Origin: Podospora anserina
Taxonomy: Eukaryota
Direction of reading: 5' to 3'
DNA length: 64,000 nucleotides
NCBI GenBank assembly: GCA_017654855.1
Contig: CM030338.1
Coordinates: forward strand, 248,001-312,000
The position numbers and the translations under genes were made by a program. This document shows positions 51,467 to 63,652 of this stretch, one piece after another. Position 1 is the first letter of the stretch, and each line of letters opens with the position of its first letter. A model generated the notes under the pieces. It ran no database searches and had not been told where the DNA came from. It saw only the letters and a program-made list of their open reading frames with translations.

Positions 51467-52214
51467 TTACAGCAAAGCAGCGCCGACGAGAAGCATCACG
51501 CCTGTGAGAGCGAAGCTTCCAAACGATACCCTCTCGCCCATCATTGGTGCGGCGGCACTAGGTTGTGAGGTGGTCGCCGCCGGAGCGGGCGCCGTGGTTT
51601 CCGACCCGCTGGACCCCGAATTGGACGATGAGCCAACGAGCGCCGACAGTGTGTCATCCGGCTGAAAGGATGCCGTGACGGCGCTGCCGTTGACACAAGA
51701 GCCGCCGGGGGCTGGCGCGGAACCAGACACGAAGTTGACAGCGGCGCACTGTTCCCTGTGTTAGCGTATCGAGATACCGGGACATGTCGGGGAATTTGGC
51801 ACATACCGCGTATAGAATGCCATCGCCAGCATTGCCGCTGATGCCTAGGAACCCCTTCTTCCCAGCCCACTCACCGGGCACTGTCACAACAGGCTCGCAG
51901 AAGTTACCACGCCCAGTTTGTTGCACAATGGGGAACAGCTGCTCCCAGTCGCCGCCGGCTTTGGGGTCAAGGGTACCACGGATCAACCAATTGCCCTGAG
52001 CATGCCCATTGAATAGTTGTACGTAGTCGCCTTCGACGTGGAAATCGGTCGCCGTGTTTTGATCAATGTCGGCATTGGCACCACCGCATGGTGCCGTGGC
52101 CTGCGAGCTGCTCTCAGCCGTCAGAGGAGAGGGATGTTGAAGCTCGAAGTGGGCATTGGCTGTTGTCGACAGGAGAAGGAGGCCGGCAGCGAGAACGGAT
52201 CTGAGAGACGCCAT
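51467..52214 (-). CDS. GPI-anchored LPMO-like copper protein (X325/Bim1-like)
   Basis: Signal peptide ends in ANA, leaving N-terminal His (HFELQHP). PCGG, NGH, GNFC and GDGILYA|CAAV motifs, Ser/Thr linker and GPI tail. Intron 51749-51806. Confidence 0.88.
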
Positions 52215-53135
52215 GTTATCGTAATGAGAGACTGAAGACTAAGGTGGAACAGGAGGAGCAGACAACAAAACAAAGGCAACGGGGCCAGGGAGAGTTTAAA
52301 GGAATTGAGGCGGAGTTCCCCTTCGAGCTCCAACAGGGGGGAGCTTAAAGAGGGACAGTGCCGAGTCGCGAGACAGGGACCAGATGGTTGTATGGGTACG
52401 TACCTTTGTTGATCCACTTGGCGATATCTGCTATCAACCATCAACTTGACATGCGTTTCTACTTCCTATTTCATCCCATTTAGTCATGCCAATAACTCTG
52501 CCCGACAAACAAAAACTAACCAATTGACGTCGACAGCATGCTCTCTTCTTCACGATATCTCGGGAAGCATTCCATGCCGTAACACATTGATGTTACGACT
52601 GAGAAACCGGGATCCTGGGTCGCAGTGACATAAGACCAGCACCGGCAGACTCGGCACCGCCTATGTATGTGACCTGAGCCTCCACGAAGAGGTATCTATT
52701 TAGAATCGGCCTCGCGTTGAGATGCTCGACATCGCTACATCAGGTCTCGATGTCAGTGGGAGCTGCTTGTCACCATCTGTCAAGCTTTCCGCCCAGATGT
52801 TGCGGAGCTTATCAGGACGACATCAGGTAGCTGATTTCCACCAGATAATCTCAGACAAGTCGCCTCACCACCATATCTATCTCTGGGCCGTGGCATGGAG
52901 GGTTTCCCAACACATCCCAATGTTCTCTACTTAGGTATGCTTCCAGATCAACGTGTGGAGTGAGTGTACCTACTCACATATTTGAAGAAGTGAAGCATGT
53001 CGTCAGCAGTTGTGTGGGGTAGATGCATCTTGTGCATGAATAACGGCGCCAAACCGCAAATGGAAGCTGCCAGGGTCTTTGTGTGCGGGTGGTCTTTCCC
53101 CAGAGGGGCATAGCCTGGCGCAGGGCGAGGGGGTT

Positions 53136-53143
53136 TGAGCAAA
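53136..53143 (-). promoter_or_regulatory. Candidate copper-response element TTTGCTCA (Mac1/GRISEA type)
   Basis: Exact match to the yeast Mac1 CuRE consensus in the divergent promoter between the X325-like gene and the reductase. Single perfect copy; the same 8-mer also occurs elsewhere in the window. Confidence 0.4.
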
Positions 53144-53875
53144 TTCTGGGCCGCTAACGATCTGATTTCTGGCAACGCCGCATCCTCATGCGCACGACAA
53201 TGTTCTCTAGCCAGTGACAACTTGCTCTGCCCGTCTCAGCTTCCTTGCTGGGTGAGGATGCTGCGGCTTCACGATGATCGCAAATGATGGAGCTGTGTCT
53301 GTGGTGTACGACCTTTTCCATGCCTTGTTTGCCTATGGGGGCGGTGTCCTTCGGCTTGTGTGGGACTATGGGACACCTACACGGCAGGCGGATCTCAAAT
53401 GGCTGGCATTTAGCCACCAGGGACCGGTGACTATCAGGGCCATCATCATTCGATGCTATTCTTCTTGTTTGGCGACTTTTTTTATCCGTTGTTAATGAAA
53501 TCGCATCAAGATTATTGACCCGGCAATCCACCCCGCCGGTACTGCTGCTGAAGTTGCACTGCGCTACTGTGTTCCATCCACTCTCGCTCACTGCTCGCCT
53601 CCCTGGCCATTTGGGTCCAGATTTTCCAGATCCCCGGAGCCTCCTTGTTTCCCGTCATTTGCCGCCAGACAGGAACCTCACCCGGCGTTTCCTCGCGAGA
53701 TTTTTGTCCTGCGGACCCATTCATCACAGGAGACTCACGCCAGGCTAGGAGACTGATTAGTGGTAAAAGAGTCAGGGTATCACAACCTCGAGCCCGGTGA
53801 AGGGAAGAGTTGACCGACATATAAGGGAGGGCCTTGCCGCCCATTTGGTGACGGCAGCATCAAAAAGCTGTGGGA

Positions 53876-55856
53876 ATGGATCATGATCATGGCTCCCACG
53901 GGGGCGGTGGGACGGGAAACACGACCTACCCTGTTACAAACGAAGAACTGGCGCAGCGGTTCTGGTACATTGTCGCGGGGTTTGTGGGCGCGTTTCTGGT
54001 CTGCCGGGTTATAAACTGGTACAAGTTGGAAAGAAGGTTAGCGGTTATTCCTGACATTTCTACCAGAGCTTGACTCATGCTAACAAGGGGCACTTGTTCT
54101 CAGACTACGACGGCACACGTCGAGTTCCGTCCAATCTCCAACAAAACCGGACACGGCCTTTCTAGAGCTGTGGGCAACCTTTACGGCCGTGGTTCGTGAA
54201 GTTAGCTATCCCCAGCTGTATGTCCCAGTAAGGGGGTTTTCCTGGTTGACGCCGCCTCCAGGAGGCCGCGTCATTGTCCTGTTGGTGTACTGGATCATCG
54301 TGATTTACATGGCCACCGATGGTGCCATATTTCCAGATGTCTTTCATTGGGAACGCATTGGCTATCGCAACGCTTGGGTCACTATCACCCAGCTGCCGCT
54401 GCTCTATCTGCTTTCTTCCAAGTGCAACGTTGTAGGCTTCATCACGGGTATCAGCCATGAGAGGCTCAACTGGCTGCACCGATGGGTGGCCCGCACCATG
54501 CTCGCCACAGGAGCTGTTCACGGCTTCTACTTTTATGCCGATTGGGCGCGTTCTGAGCTTGTCGACTATCAGATCAAGATGATGCCCATGATCAAGTATG
54601 GGTTCGGCGCCTGGGGTCTTTTGTTATGGGCCTGTGTCTCGGGGCTGGCCCCATTGCGGCGGTTGTCCTATGAGTTCTTTGTCTTGCAACACATCGTCAC
54701 TGCTGTCTTGTTGCTATGGTTGATATACGTCCACATTCCTGTCGACGCCAGATACAACCTGTGGTTTGCCATTGCGGCCCTCTGCTTCGACCGGTTTTGC
54801 CGAACAGTGATGTTGGTTTGGCAGAACGTTAAGGCGTTGCCTGACAAGAAGAGATGCACGGGAGGACAACGGATTGGGCATCAAGCCCAGGTGCGTGCGG
54901 TTGGGGACTCGATCACGGTAGTTACCATCAAGGATGTCCACTTCAAGTGGAGAGCTGGACAGCATCTTTATCTTTGGATGCCCCGAGTTGGTATTGCCGA
55001 AGCTCACCCTTACACCATTGCCTGCGCCCATCAGCTCCCCGAGACTTGCATCTGCACCAGCATTCAACTTGTCGTTCGCAAACACGGTGGATTTTCCAAA
55101 CGACTGCACGAATTAGCGACCAAGGCCCAGTTGGCTGGGAAGAAGGAGAGGCTGACAGCATTTGTCTCCGGGCCGTATGGAGCGCCACCGCGGTGGGACA
55201 TTTACGAGACCATAGTACTCATCTCGGCTTCTACCGGTGCATCCTTTACGCTGCCCATTCTCGAAAGTGTGCTCCAACACAAGGGCACAAACTGTGTCAA
55301 GAGGATTGACTTCCTCCTGACCACCAAGCAGGGCGAGGAGATTGACTTTTATGTGACGCGACTCCACGAGCTGATTGAGCATGCCAAAGGCACAGGCATC
55401 GAGCTCCACGTTCACATTGCCGTTACCCAGGGGCCGACATCGTTCCCGGTCAGCCAAGATGGCGTGACTGCCGACAGCTCGTCTGGTTCCTCTACAGGAA
55501 CCAACTTTGGACGAGGGAAGAAGGTGGCTGATGAGAAGATCACGAGCCAGAGACCATTATCCAGTCCCGGCGACATCGAACAAACAGCACGGGCGATTCC
55601 AGTGGAGCGGAAGAGGTCGAGCCACGCCAGTACGGACTCGCACGTATTTTACTCGAGTGTCCGACCAGACATTGAGGCCTACATCAGAGGACCTGTGGAG
55701 GCAACCGGGGGGGAGACCAGCGTCGTTGTATGTGGCGGCCCAAGTCTTGTTGCCAGGACAAGAAATTGCGTTGCGAGCCTATCGGATGAACGGGCGGTTC
55801 ACAAGGGAACAGGGGCACAAGGGATACAATTATTTGCTGAAGAGTACAGTTTCTAG
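53876..55856 (+). CDS. Ferric/cupric reductase (FRE-family transmembrane flavocytochrome)
   Basis: Heme His pairs LHRW...AVHG and LQHI...YVHI; FAD motif HPYT; NADPH motifs GPYG, SASTGASF, VVVCGG. Intron 54037-54103. N-terminus MDHDHGSH. Confidence 0.93.
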
Positions 55857-56089
55857 ATGAGGTAGATAGATAGATATCTTACATCTGGTCTCAAATGATA
55901 CCAACATCCATCCCAACACCAACAAGCAAGGCTGTGCGACTCAGCCCTGGAGAAACTGAGAGTTCTTATTGGCTGTGAATTTGTAGTGGGGCGACTGCAA
56001 GGCGTGTTACGGAGTAAACATTTTTTTTTTTTGGCTCGTCAGTTGGACTGGTCTCAGGCTGGCAGTCACCACCAGCGACTCAGCAGTTG

Positions 56090-56136
56090 TGAGTCAACGT
56101 TGGCCCACAGATGTGACTGACGGTCCGCCATAGGGT
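56090..56136. promoter_or_regulatory. Gcn4/CPC-1 site (TGAGTCA), Homol-D box (TGTGACTG) and TAGGGT upstream of ArgRS
   Basis: Exact matches at 56090-56096, 56112-56119 and 56131-56136 in a 330-bp intergenic region. Confidence 0.6.
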
Positions 56137-56185
56137 TGGTACCAGTTGAGAGAGGGTGAATCAACCTACAAGATAAAAAGCACCC

Positions 56186-58503
56186 ATGCTTTCCCTACCG
56201 GTCCGCCCAAGCGCCCTTTTGCCTTGCCTCCCGCGCTCCAGGTCTCTTCTTTTACACAGACACTTCTTGGCAGGCACGCGCACACTGCATTCTTTTGGGC
56301 CCCACTTCCAGACACTGAACCCCTCCATCCGGAAGCCGAACCCCTCCACTGAGAAATTGAGCCCCTCCATTCTTTCGCGAACCGGCATCACCGTCACCTG
56401 CAACCGCTACAACTCCTGGCAGTCACCACGACGATACACACACAGCACCACAGCCATGGAACAGCTTCAGCAACAGGTCGAGGGCCTTAATCTCAATGCC
56501 ATCACCGAGTTTCCCAACTGCTACCCCGATGTCAACCCCCTCGATGTCTACCGCGCCCATCTCGCCAACGTCCTGACCGAGGTTACCGGTGTCGACAAGA
56601 ACATCATCTACCCTGCCCTGTCATGGACTCAAAGTCTTGACAAGGGCGACTTGGTCCTCGCCGCGCCCGCCCTCCGTCTCCCCAAGGGCGGTCCCAAGCC
56701 CGACCAGATCGTTCAAGATTGGGCCGCCAAGTTCCCCGAAAACGACCCTCTCTTCGAGAAGCCACACGTACACAGCTACTTCATGTCTTTCTTCTTCAAG
56801 GGCGCGCCCCTTGTCAACAGCATTCTCCCCACCATTCTCCAGAAGGGCAAGACATTCGGTACCAACCCATCATTGGGTCTCAAGGACCCCAAGGAGCCAA
56901 GCGCGGGACGAAAGAAGATTATTGTCGAGTTCTCGTCGCCGAATATTGCGAAGCCTTTCCACGCTGGTCACCTTCGCAGCACGATTATCGGCGGTTTCCT
57001 CGGTAACCTGTATGAGGGCGCAGGATGGGACGTGACCAGGATCAATTATCTTGGTGACTGGGGCAAGCAATACGGTCTTCTGGCCCTGGCGTTCGAGAAG
57101 TTCGGTGATGAGAAGGCTCTGGAGCAAGACCCCATCAACCACCTCTTCCAACTCTATGTTCGCATCAATACGGAGATGACCGAGGAGAAGGAGCAAATCG
57201 CGAAGCGCAAGGAGGCTGGTGAGGATGTGACAGAGGCCGAGGCCAACAGCTTGGACGAACAGGCCCGTCGCTACTTCAAGAAGATGACCGACAGGGATGA
57301 AAAGGCGCTGGCCATGTGGAAGAAGTTCCGCGACCTCAGCATTGTGAGGTACAAGCAGACCTATGCCCGTCTCAACATTCACTTTGACGAGTACAGCGGT
57401 GAGAGTCAGGTGTCCGAGGCTGACATGGCTGATATCGGAAAGCAGCTGGAGGAGAAGAAGATCAGCAAGGAGGACAATGGCGCGCAGCTTATTGACTTCT
57501 CCGAGCTTGTCCCCGGCAAGGAGGGCAAGCGCCTGGAGAAGCCTCTTGTCAGGAAGAGGGATGGCACTGCTCTCTACCTGACCCGTGATATTAGCGAACT
57601 GTTGGCTCGTCATGCCAAGTACAACTTTGACAAGATGATCTACGTCGTCGCCTCGGCCCAAGACTTGCATCTCAAGCAGCTCTTCAAGATCATTGAGCTC
57701 TTGGGCCACAAGGATATTGCTGATAAGTGCCAGCACATCAACTTTGGCCTGGTTCTCGGTATGAGCACTCGCAAGGGTACCGTCAAGTTCTTGGATGACA
57801 TTCTCCGCGATGTTGCCGACAAGATGCACGAGACCATGAGGAAGAACGAGGACAAGTATAACCAAGTGGAGAACCCCGAAGCTGTTGCCGACGTCCTTGG
57901 TATCAGCTCTGTCATGGTCCAAGATATGACTGGCAAGAGGTAAGCAAGCAACATATGCCCCACTGGGTGCGAATTGGAATCAAGAATACTGACCTTTGGG
58001 GATAACAGGATCAACAACTACACCTTCAACATGGATCAAATGACATCGTTTGAGGGCGATACCGGCCCGTATCTTCAATATGCGCACGCCCGTGTGTGCT
58101 CCATTAAGCGCAAGGCTGGCCTCAGCGACGAGGAGATTGCTAGCGCCGACTTCTCACTGTTGACGGAAGCCCATGCTGTCAACATTGTCCGTCTTCTGGC
58201 GCAGTGGCCCGATGTCTTCAGTAACACCTTGAGGACGCTGGAGCCCACAACCGTGTTGGCCTACCTCTTCAAGATGACACACGCCCTGAGCAGCTCCTAT
58301 GATGTATTGAGGATCATGGGTAGCGAGCCTGCGGTTTTGAAGGCCCGCATGGCGCTCTACGAGGCGGCCCACATTGTGCTGGGCAACGGCATGCGCCTGC
58401 TGGGTCTGAGCCCCGTTGAACGGTACGTCTCCATCCCATCATAAACCTCCTTGACATCATTTCTCGTGGTCGTGCATGACACTGACACCTTTTTAGTATG
58501 TAA
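56186..58503 (+). CDS. RRS1: Arginyl-tRNA synthetase with two in-frame starts (56186 and 56456)
   Basis: VEFSSPNIAKPFHAGH, NYLGDWGKQ, GMSTRKG, GDTGPYLQYAH, C-terminus ER|M*. Introns ~57940-58008 and ~58423-58496. Confidence 0.96.
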
Positions 58504-60317
58504 ATTTGTTTGTTTTTTATCGGGGAGCGGGGGCGAAGCATGGTGCCATGATGGTATAGTAGGTACGAAAAGCAATGAATGAACAACGAAGAATTACCAA
58601 GGTCATCTCAAATTGCTGCATGTTATGCTTCTGATGCATGGTTGTCAGGTGGACAACAAATGACTTCTAACCGACTTGACGGGCAATGTCATTGCTGTCG
58701 CCCCTCTGCAGACTCGCAGGGGAGCGCGGCGATCGCATACTGACTAGCACGCTGACCGCACCAACGCTTGACGTTTCTGTTGGAAAGGCAGAGGCCACGA
58801 GGAGAAGGTGGAAATGATTAGGAAGTGGGGTTGGGGAAACACCGATGGAGTGGAAGGGGTGGAAAGGATGTCCCGCTACTTCATGATGAAGAGATGTGTA
58901 TCAAGCACAAACGCCCAACCCGGCGATTTACCCTGTGTGCAAGCCACTATTCGGCACTTCTTTATGGGGTGAGATACGGAGTGAGGGGGGGCTGGGGGGG
59001 TTCGAGAAGAGGTTGGTGGATATGGAAGCATGGAAGGGCACTCTCGGAGACATTTGAGATCCCGTCTTTTGTGTTCTTCCGGCTTGGTTGTCCGACAACT
59101 GTCATGCAGTTTGCCGGGGGTCGATCATGTCTGTGGCTCGGTTTGCTGCCTGGTGGTTTGCTGGCACATCACCTGTGGTGACTTTGTGTAGGCGGGTGGG
59201 GGTATTCGCTTGTCCAGGCTCGGTGCCGTCGGGCACTCGCAAGGGGCGGTATGGTTGGTGTAGGTTGCCATATCGTATTTGTATACACACACATGATACG
59301 TGCGGTTGAGGTTGTGGAAAGAGCCCCAACTGTTCCCAGTCCCACGTTTTGGACGGTTACGGGTGGCTACGGCGCCGGCGGTGGTGGTGGTGGTGGCGAT
59401 GATCCAACATCTCGGCGCTGATGCTGGATGGGTGGCACGATGGGTCGATAATGTGGAAGGGAAAACAATGCTTCGGCGAAAGGGCCCTTGTGGTTGATAC
59501 GGTGGAATGCGATGGGATGCGATTGGCCTGAGGACAAGAAGTTGGTTGCAGGCGAAGTGATAACCAAACATCCTTCCCGTGTTCGGTCCGCATCAAGGCG
59601 AGAAGGCCTTGTTTTATCTTGACTGATGATATTGCAATCAAGCATTGCCAAGCGAGCCGATGCTCCAGAGAAATAGATGCGACGCGATGGATGATGTACC
59701 AAGATTGCCGACTACTACCTTACCTTCTTGTCGATATCAACTTATTAGCCAAGCCACCAGCTCGAAGGAGGTCAGAGACTCGGAAAGATGGTGGGCTGTC
59801 CAGCCTTTGAAACCACTCAAAAAGTTCCGGCAAGCACCGTCTTTTTGTGCACGGGGAATTGGGAAGGATCCGGCGTCCCGAATACTCAGAAGCAGTGTCC
59901 CTCTGTGCGACGTTCGCTTCAAGTTGTTGGCAACACAACAGGAGCGAGTAAAGAAAGGAAGGGTAAAAAGAAGTGAAGATCCATGGATGACGTTGCAGCG
60001 GGGCGAAGCTGGGTTGATTGCTGAGCAGCAGCTTGGGAGGTCAAGGTAGCCAAGCCATTGGGTCACAGTGGAAGGGAAAGAAGGTTGTGACGGAGTATCC
60101 GTAGTGTGGTGGAAAAGGGACTTGAGTGGCTTCCATAAGGCGAGTGGGCTGCGTGGGCGCCGAGGGGCCAGGGTCAATCACCGAGAGATGCATACCTAGT
60201 CTTGGCTGTCATTGGTAAAGTCAATTCCCCCATTATTTACCACACTTTTCCTCTCAACGATGAGATCGATCGATAAGCTCAGATAAAGACATGCTAAGAA
60301 TAGCCGTGCGGGACGTC

Positions 60318-60346
60318 AGGTCAAGTGGGCGAAGTGAGTGTGGGGA
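60318..60346 (+). repeat. Short (AAC)n microsatellite
   Basis: About nine AAC units with one AGC interruption. Confidence 0.8.
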
Positions 60347-61606
60347 GTTGCTCTCAGACCCTTTACACACAGCAAAATAACAACAACAACAACAACAGCA
60401 ACAACAAACACGGACTCACAGTCAGGTCGGGCACAGATGAGGTCAGTTGTCAGCTGGACACAGCAGCCGAGGGGTCAATCAATAATACACAACACGCTGT
60501 CAAGCTGTGGAGAGAAGCTAGCTACCTTGCCTGGGGAGCCGGGGTCAGCCGGGCTGTGATTCCGGACAATGTGCGTCTGGCCTGCTGCCGTGAACGTGTG
60601 GCTTCGGCTGTTGTGGACAACTGAGACCAATAAGACATTCGGTCTGGCCTTGCCGAAAAGTGCGGCTCACAAAAAACATCCCGAAGGGGGGGGCTGAGTA
60701 GGAGGGACGGGTTGTTCGGTCTTGGCTGGTCGTTTTCTTCCCTCATCCCGCAACCCGTTGGCAAGTGGTCAGTGGGCGATTTAGTGCCGCCGAGAAAAAC
60801 CGGTTTCAAACCTTATTTTAGCTGCTTGTATTGCCGAAATGGAGGGTACAGCTTTCTCCTCGCCCTCAGGTTTGTCCTCCAAGGCCAAGCCAAGTCGTTC
60901 GCAATGGGATATGCAACGAACCACTGTATGCCATGGTCGTCGGCATTACCACCGCCCTGCGACCCTTGGTTCCATGTCATGTATGCACCAACAACCAGGC
61001 TAGAGCAGAGTGACTGATCTTCAGGTTCTGATGGCCAGTTGCAACGACCACTTTTGTTTTCTCTCCTGCAGCATCTTAGGCGAGGTGGTTACTTGTTTTG
61101 TTGAGATCCTTTCATCATGATCCCAGCAGTCCAAGGAAGACACATGCCCGTAGGGTCCATTCCGACGTGATGGGTAGGAAAGAGACAAGCATGCCCTGTG
61201 GGACTAAGGCATGGCTGTATGTACTATGTAGAGCGGGCGGCGAATCTTGTCCTGCGTGTTTCTTTTCCTTCGGTGTCTTGGTAATTCCTTGGTAGTTCTT
61301 CGTTCCCTATTGGCTGGTGGATGATCCCACTGGTGAGCTGGGCTGAGTGGGCTGTACTGGAACGGATTATCTATGTTGTCGATACCCCGAGTATCACCAC
61401 ATATCATACCCCTTCTTCCTCGCTACTGGCATCAGGTTTCTCTCCTACCCATCATCCGCCCACTTTACTGCCTACCTCTTTGACATATACCGGTCCCCGT
61501 ACACCCTGAACCAAGACATCCAGTTCCTTTCAAACTACCTACATCGTACCCGGTGGTTAGCAGTCCGAGACTCATCATCCTCGTTGTGGTTCACCATCTA
61601 CAGGCC

Positions 61607-63652
61607 ATGGCCTTCGCTTTACTTCTCTTATTGGCGACAGTGGTTGCCCTGGTGGCAGTACATCGCTACCTCAACCGACAAAAGCTACCAGCAGGCGTCC
61701 GTCCCTTACCGGGCCCTCGAGGCATCCCATTCATTGGCCGAGTACACGACATCCCGGAGAATGCCTCGTGGCTAAAGTTTTACGAATGGAGTAAGGAGTA
61801 TGGCGCCATCTACCAGATGGAGATCTTTGGCACTGTCCATGTCTGGATTTCGTCTGAGAAGGTTGCCCATGATTTGCTGTCCAAGAGGGCTCTGATCTAC
61901 TCGGACAGACCGACGATTCCCAACTTGCCTGATAACAGGACCAGTGGTGATTACCTTGCCTTGTTGGGCCGCACTGGTATGCGCCCTCCTCTCTCATCCT
62001 CGAACACAATCCGGTGCTAGAATACTAACCAAGACATGAACAGAAACATGGAAGCGCCAACGCAAGCTCTGCAACCACTTGATGCACACCTCGGCCCTCG
62101 CCTCGCTTCACTCATATCCCACCCGTGAGCGCGATAGATTTCTTTACCTCATGGGAAGCGACCCTTCCAAGTACCTCGAGTGGATCGAGCAGTTCACGTC
62201 TCGCACCGTCTCTCGCCTGTCCTGGGGAACCGCCAAACCAGCCCAGATCCTCCGGCACACGACCTTTGGCCTGCTGCAGACCATCTCACCTTCCGGCGCG
62301 TTGCCAAACATCATCTCCTTCCTGCAGCACGTCCCTCTTGCGCTAAGCCCGTGGAAGAAGAAGGAAGCGGCTAGACACGCGCTCGAGGACAGGTTGTTCA
62401 AGGCCAATATCGACTTTGTCAGGAGAAGTCTCGAGTCTGGAAGGGGTGAGGAGTCCTTTGTCGGCACGTTCATGAAGAGCCAGTTGCCTGCTGAGGGTAA
62501 GGACGAGAAGGAGAGGTTGAAGTGGGGAGATCAAGAGGAGGCGATGCATGTTGTCGGTCTGATGGCGATCGCTGGGGCGTTGACGATTGGGAGCCCGATT
62601 CAGAGCTACATCCTGGCCATGTGTCATTACCCCGAGGCTCAAAAGGCGTTGCAGGAGGAGATTGACCGGGTTTGCGAGGGGAGGTGCCCGCAGTGGGAGG
62701 ACAGGGAGAAGCTGCCTATGCTGAGAGCGGTGGTCAAGGAGGTGATTCGGTGGAGGCCGCCGGTGCCCACGGGCATTCCCCATGCGATTGAGAAGGATGA
62801 TGTCTATGAGGGGTATCTCATTCCCAAGGGGGCGACGATTCATGCGTTGGAGTGGTGAGTTTTTGCCTTCCCCCTTTCCCCCCCCTTTAGTGTGATGAAG
62901 CTAACAAGTGGAAAAACAGGGGCATCACCCGCGACGAGGAGACCTACCCCTGCGCCGATGAGTTCCTTCCGGCCCGCTGGGTCGACCCGGCCTATCCTAC
63001 CTTCAAGGAGCCCCTCACACAATACCCGAATCTCAACGGCTTTTCTCAGTTTGGTTTTGGCAGGCGAACGTGCCAAGGCATCCCCATCGTGGAGCAGGAT
63101 CTGTTCCTCTCGATGGGCGGCATGGCCTGGGCCTTTGACATCCGCAAAAAGGTAGACCCGGTGACCGGCAAGGTCATCCCTGTGCACTGGAACGACTACA
63201 CGCCTCTCTTGATCGCCAAGCCCTGCAAGTTTGACTTTGACGCCATCCCAAGACAGGAGGGTAGGATGGAGGAGCTCAGGCAAATGTTTGATTCTGCGAG
63301 GGAGGAGGAAGAGCAAAAAGACAAGGCGATCGCGATGGATATCAGCCAGTTTGAGAAGGACCTGGGTGCCGAGAAGATTTACCGCGACAAGGCATGTGAG
63401 ATTAGGTATGCCGACGCTGCGGCGCAGTCGGATGAGCTTGAGCAGACGGCCTCTGAGGGGTCTTCGACGCCACTGGAGCCTGGGCTTGAACTTGGGGATT
63501 CGAGTTCCGAGGCCGATACCGAGAGCGACTTCGGAAAGGAATCGCTCAGCACGGGGATGAGGGTTGTGTTGGACGGCCGGGTTGAGAAGACGCTCGGGAT
63601 TGAGCCTGTGGTGAGCGTGACGGGAGTACCAGGCGCGTGGAAGTGGGCTTAG
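61607..63652 (+). CDS. Cytochrome P450 with acidic C-terminal extension
   Basis: N-terminal anchor, PLPGP hinge, WKRQR, EVIRWRP (ExxR), FLPARW, heme motif FGFGRRTCQG. Introns 61977-62043 and 62855-62919. Confidence 0.95.

Noticed and set aside
56870-57922. 350-aa antisense ORF, and similar ones at 44521-45291, 40347-41078, 62840-63742 and 15066-15722
   Set aside because: Shadow frames of strongly codon-biased real genes, with no independent motifs.
58600-61600. 3-kb region upstream of the P450 examined for a hidden gene or element
   Set aside because: Only short, unbiased ORFs and simple repeats; nothing supportable.
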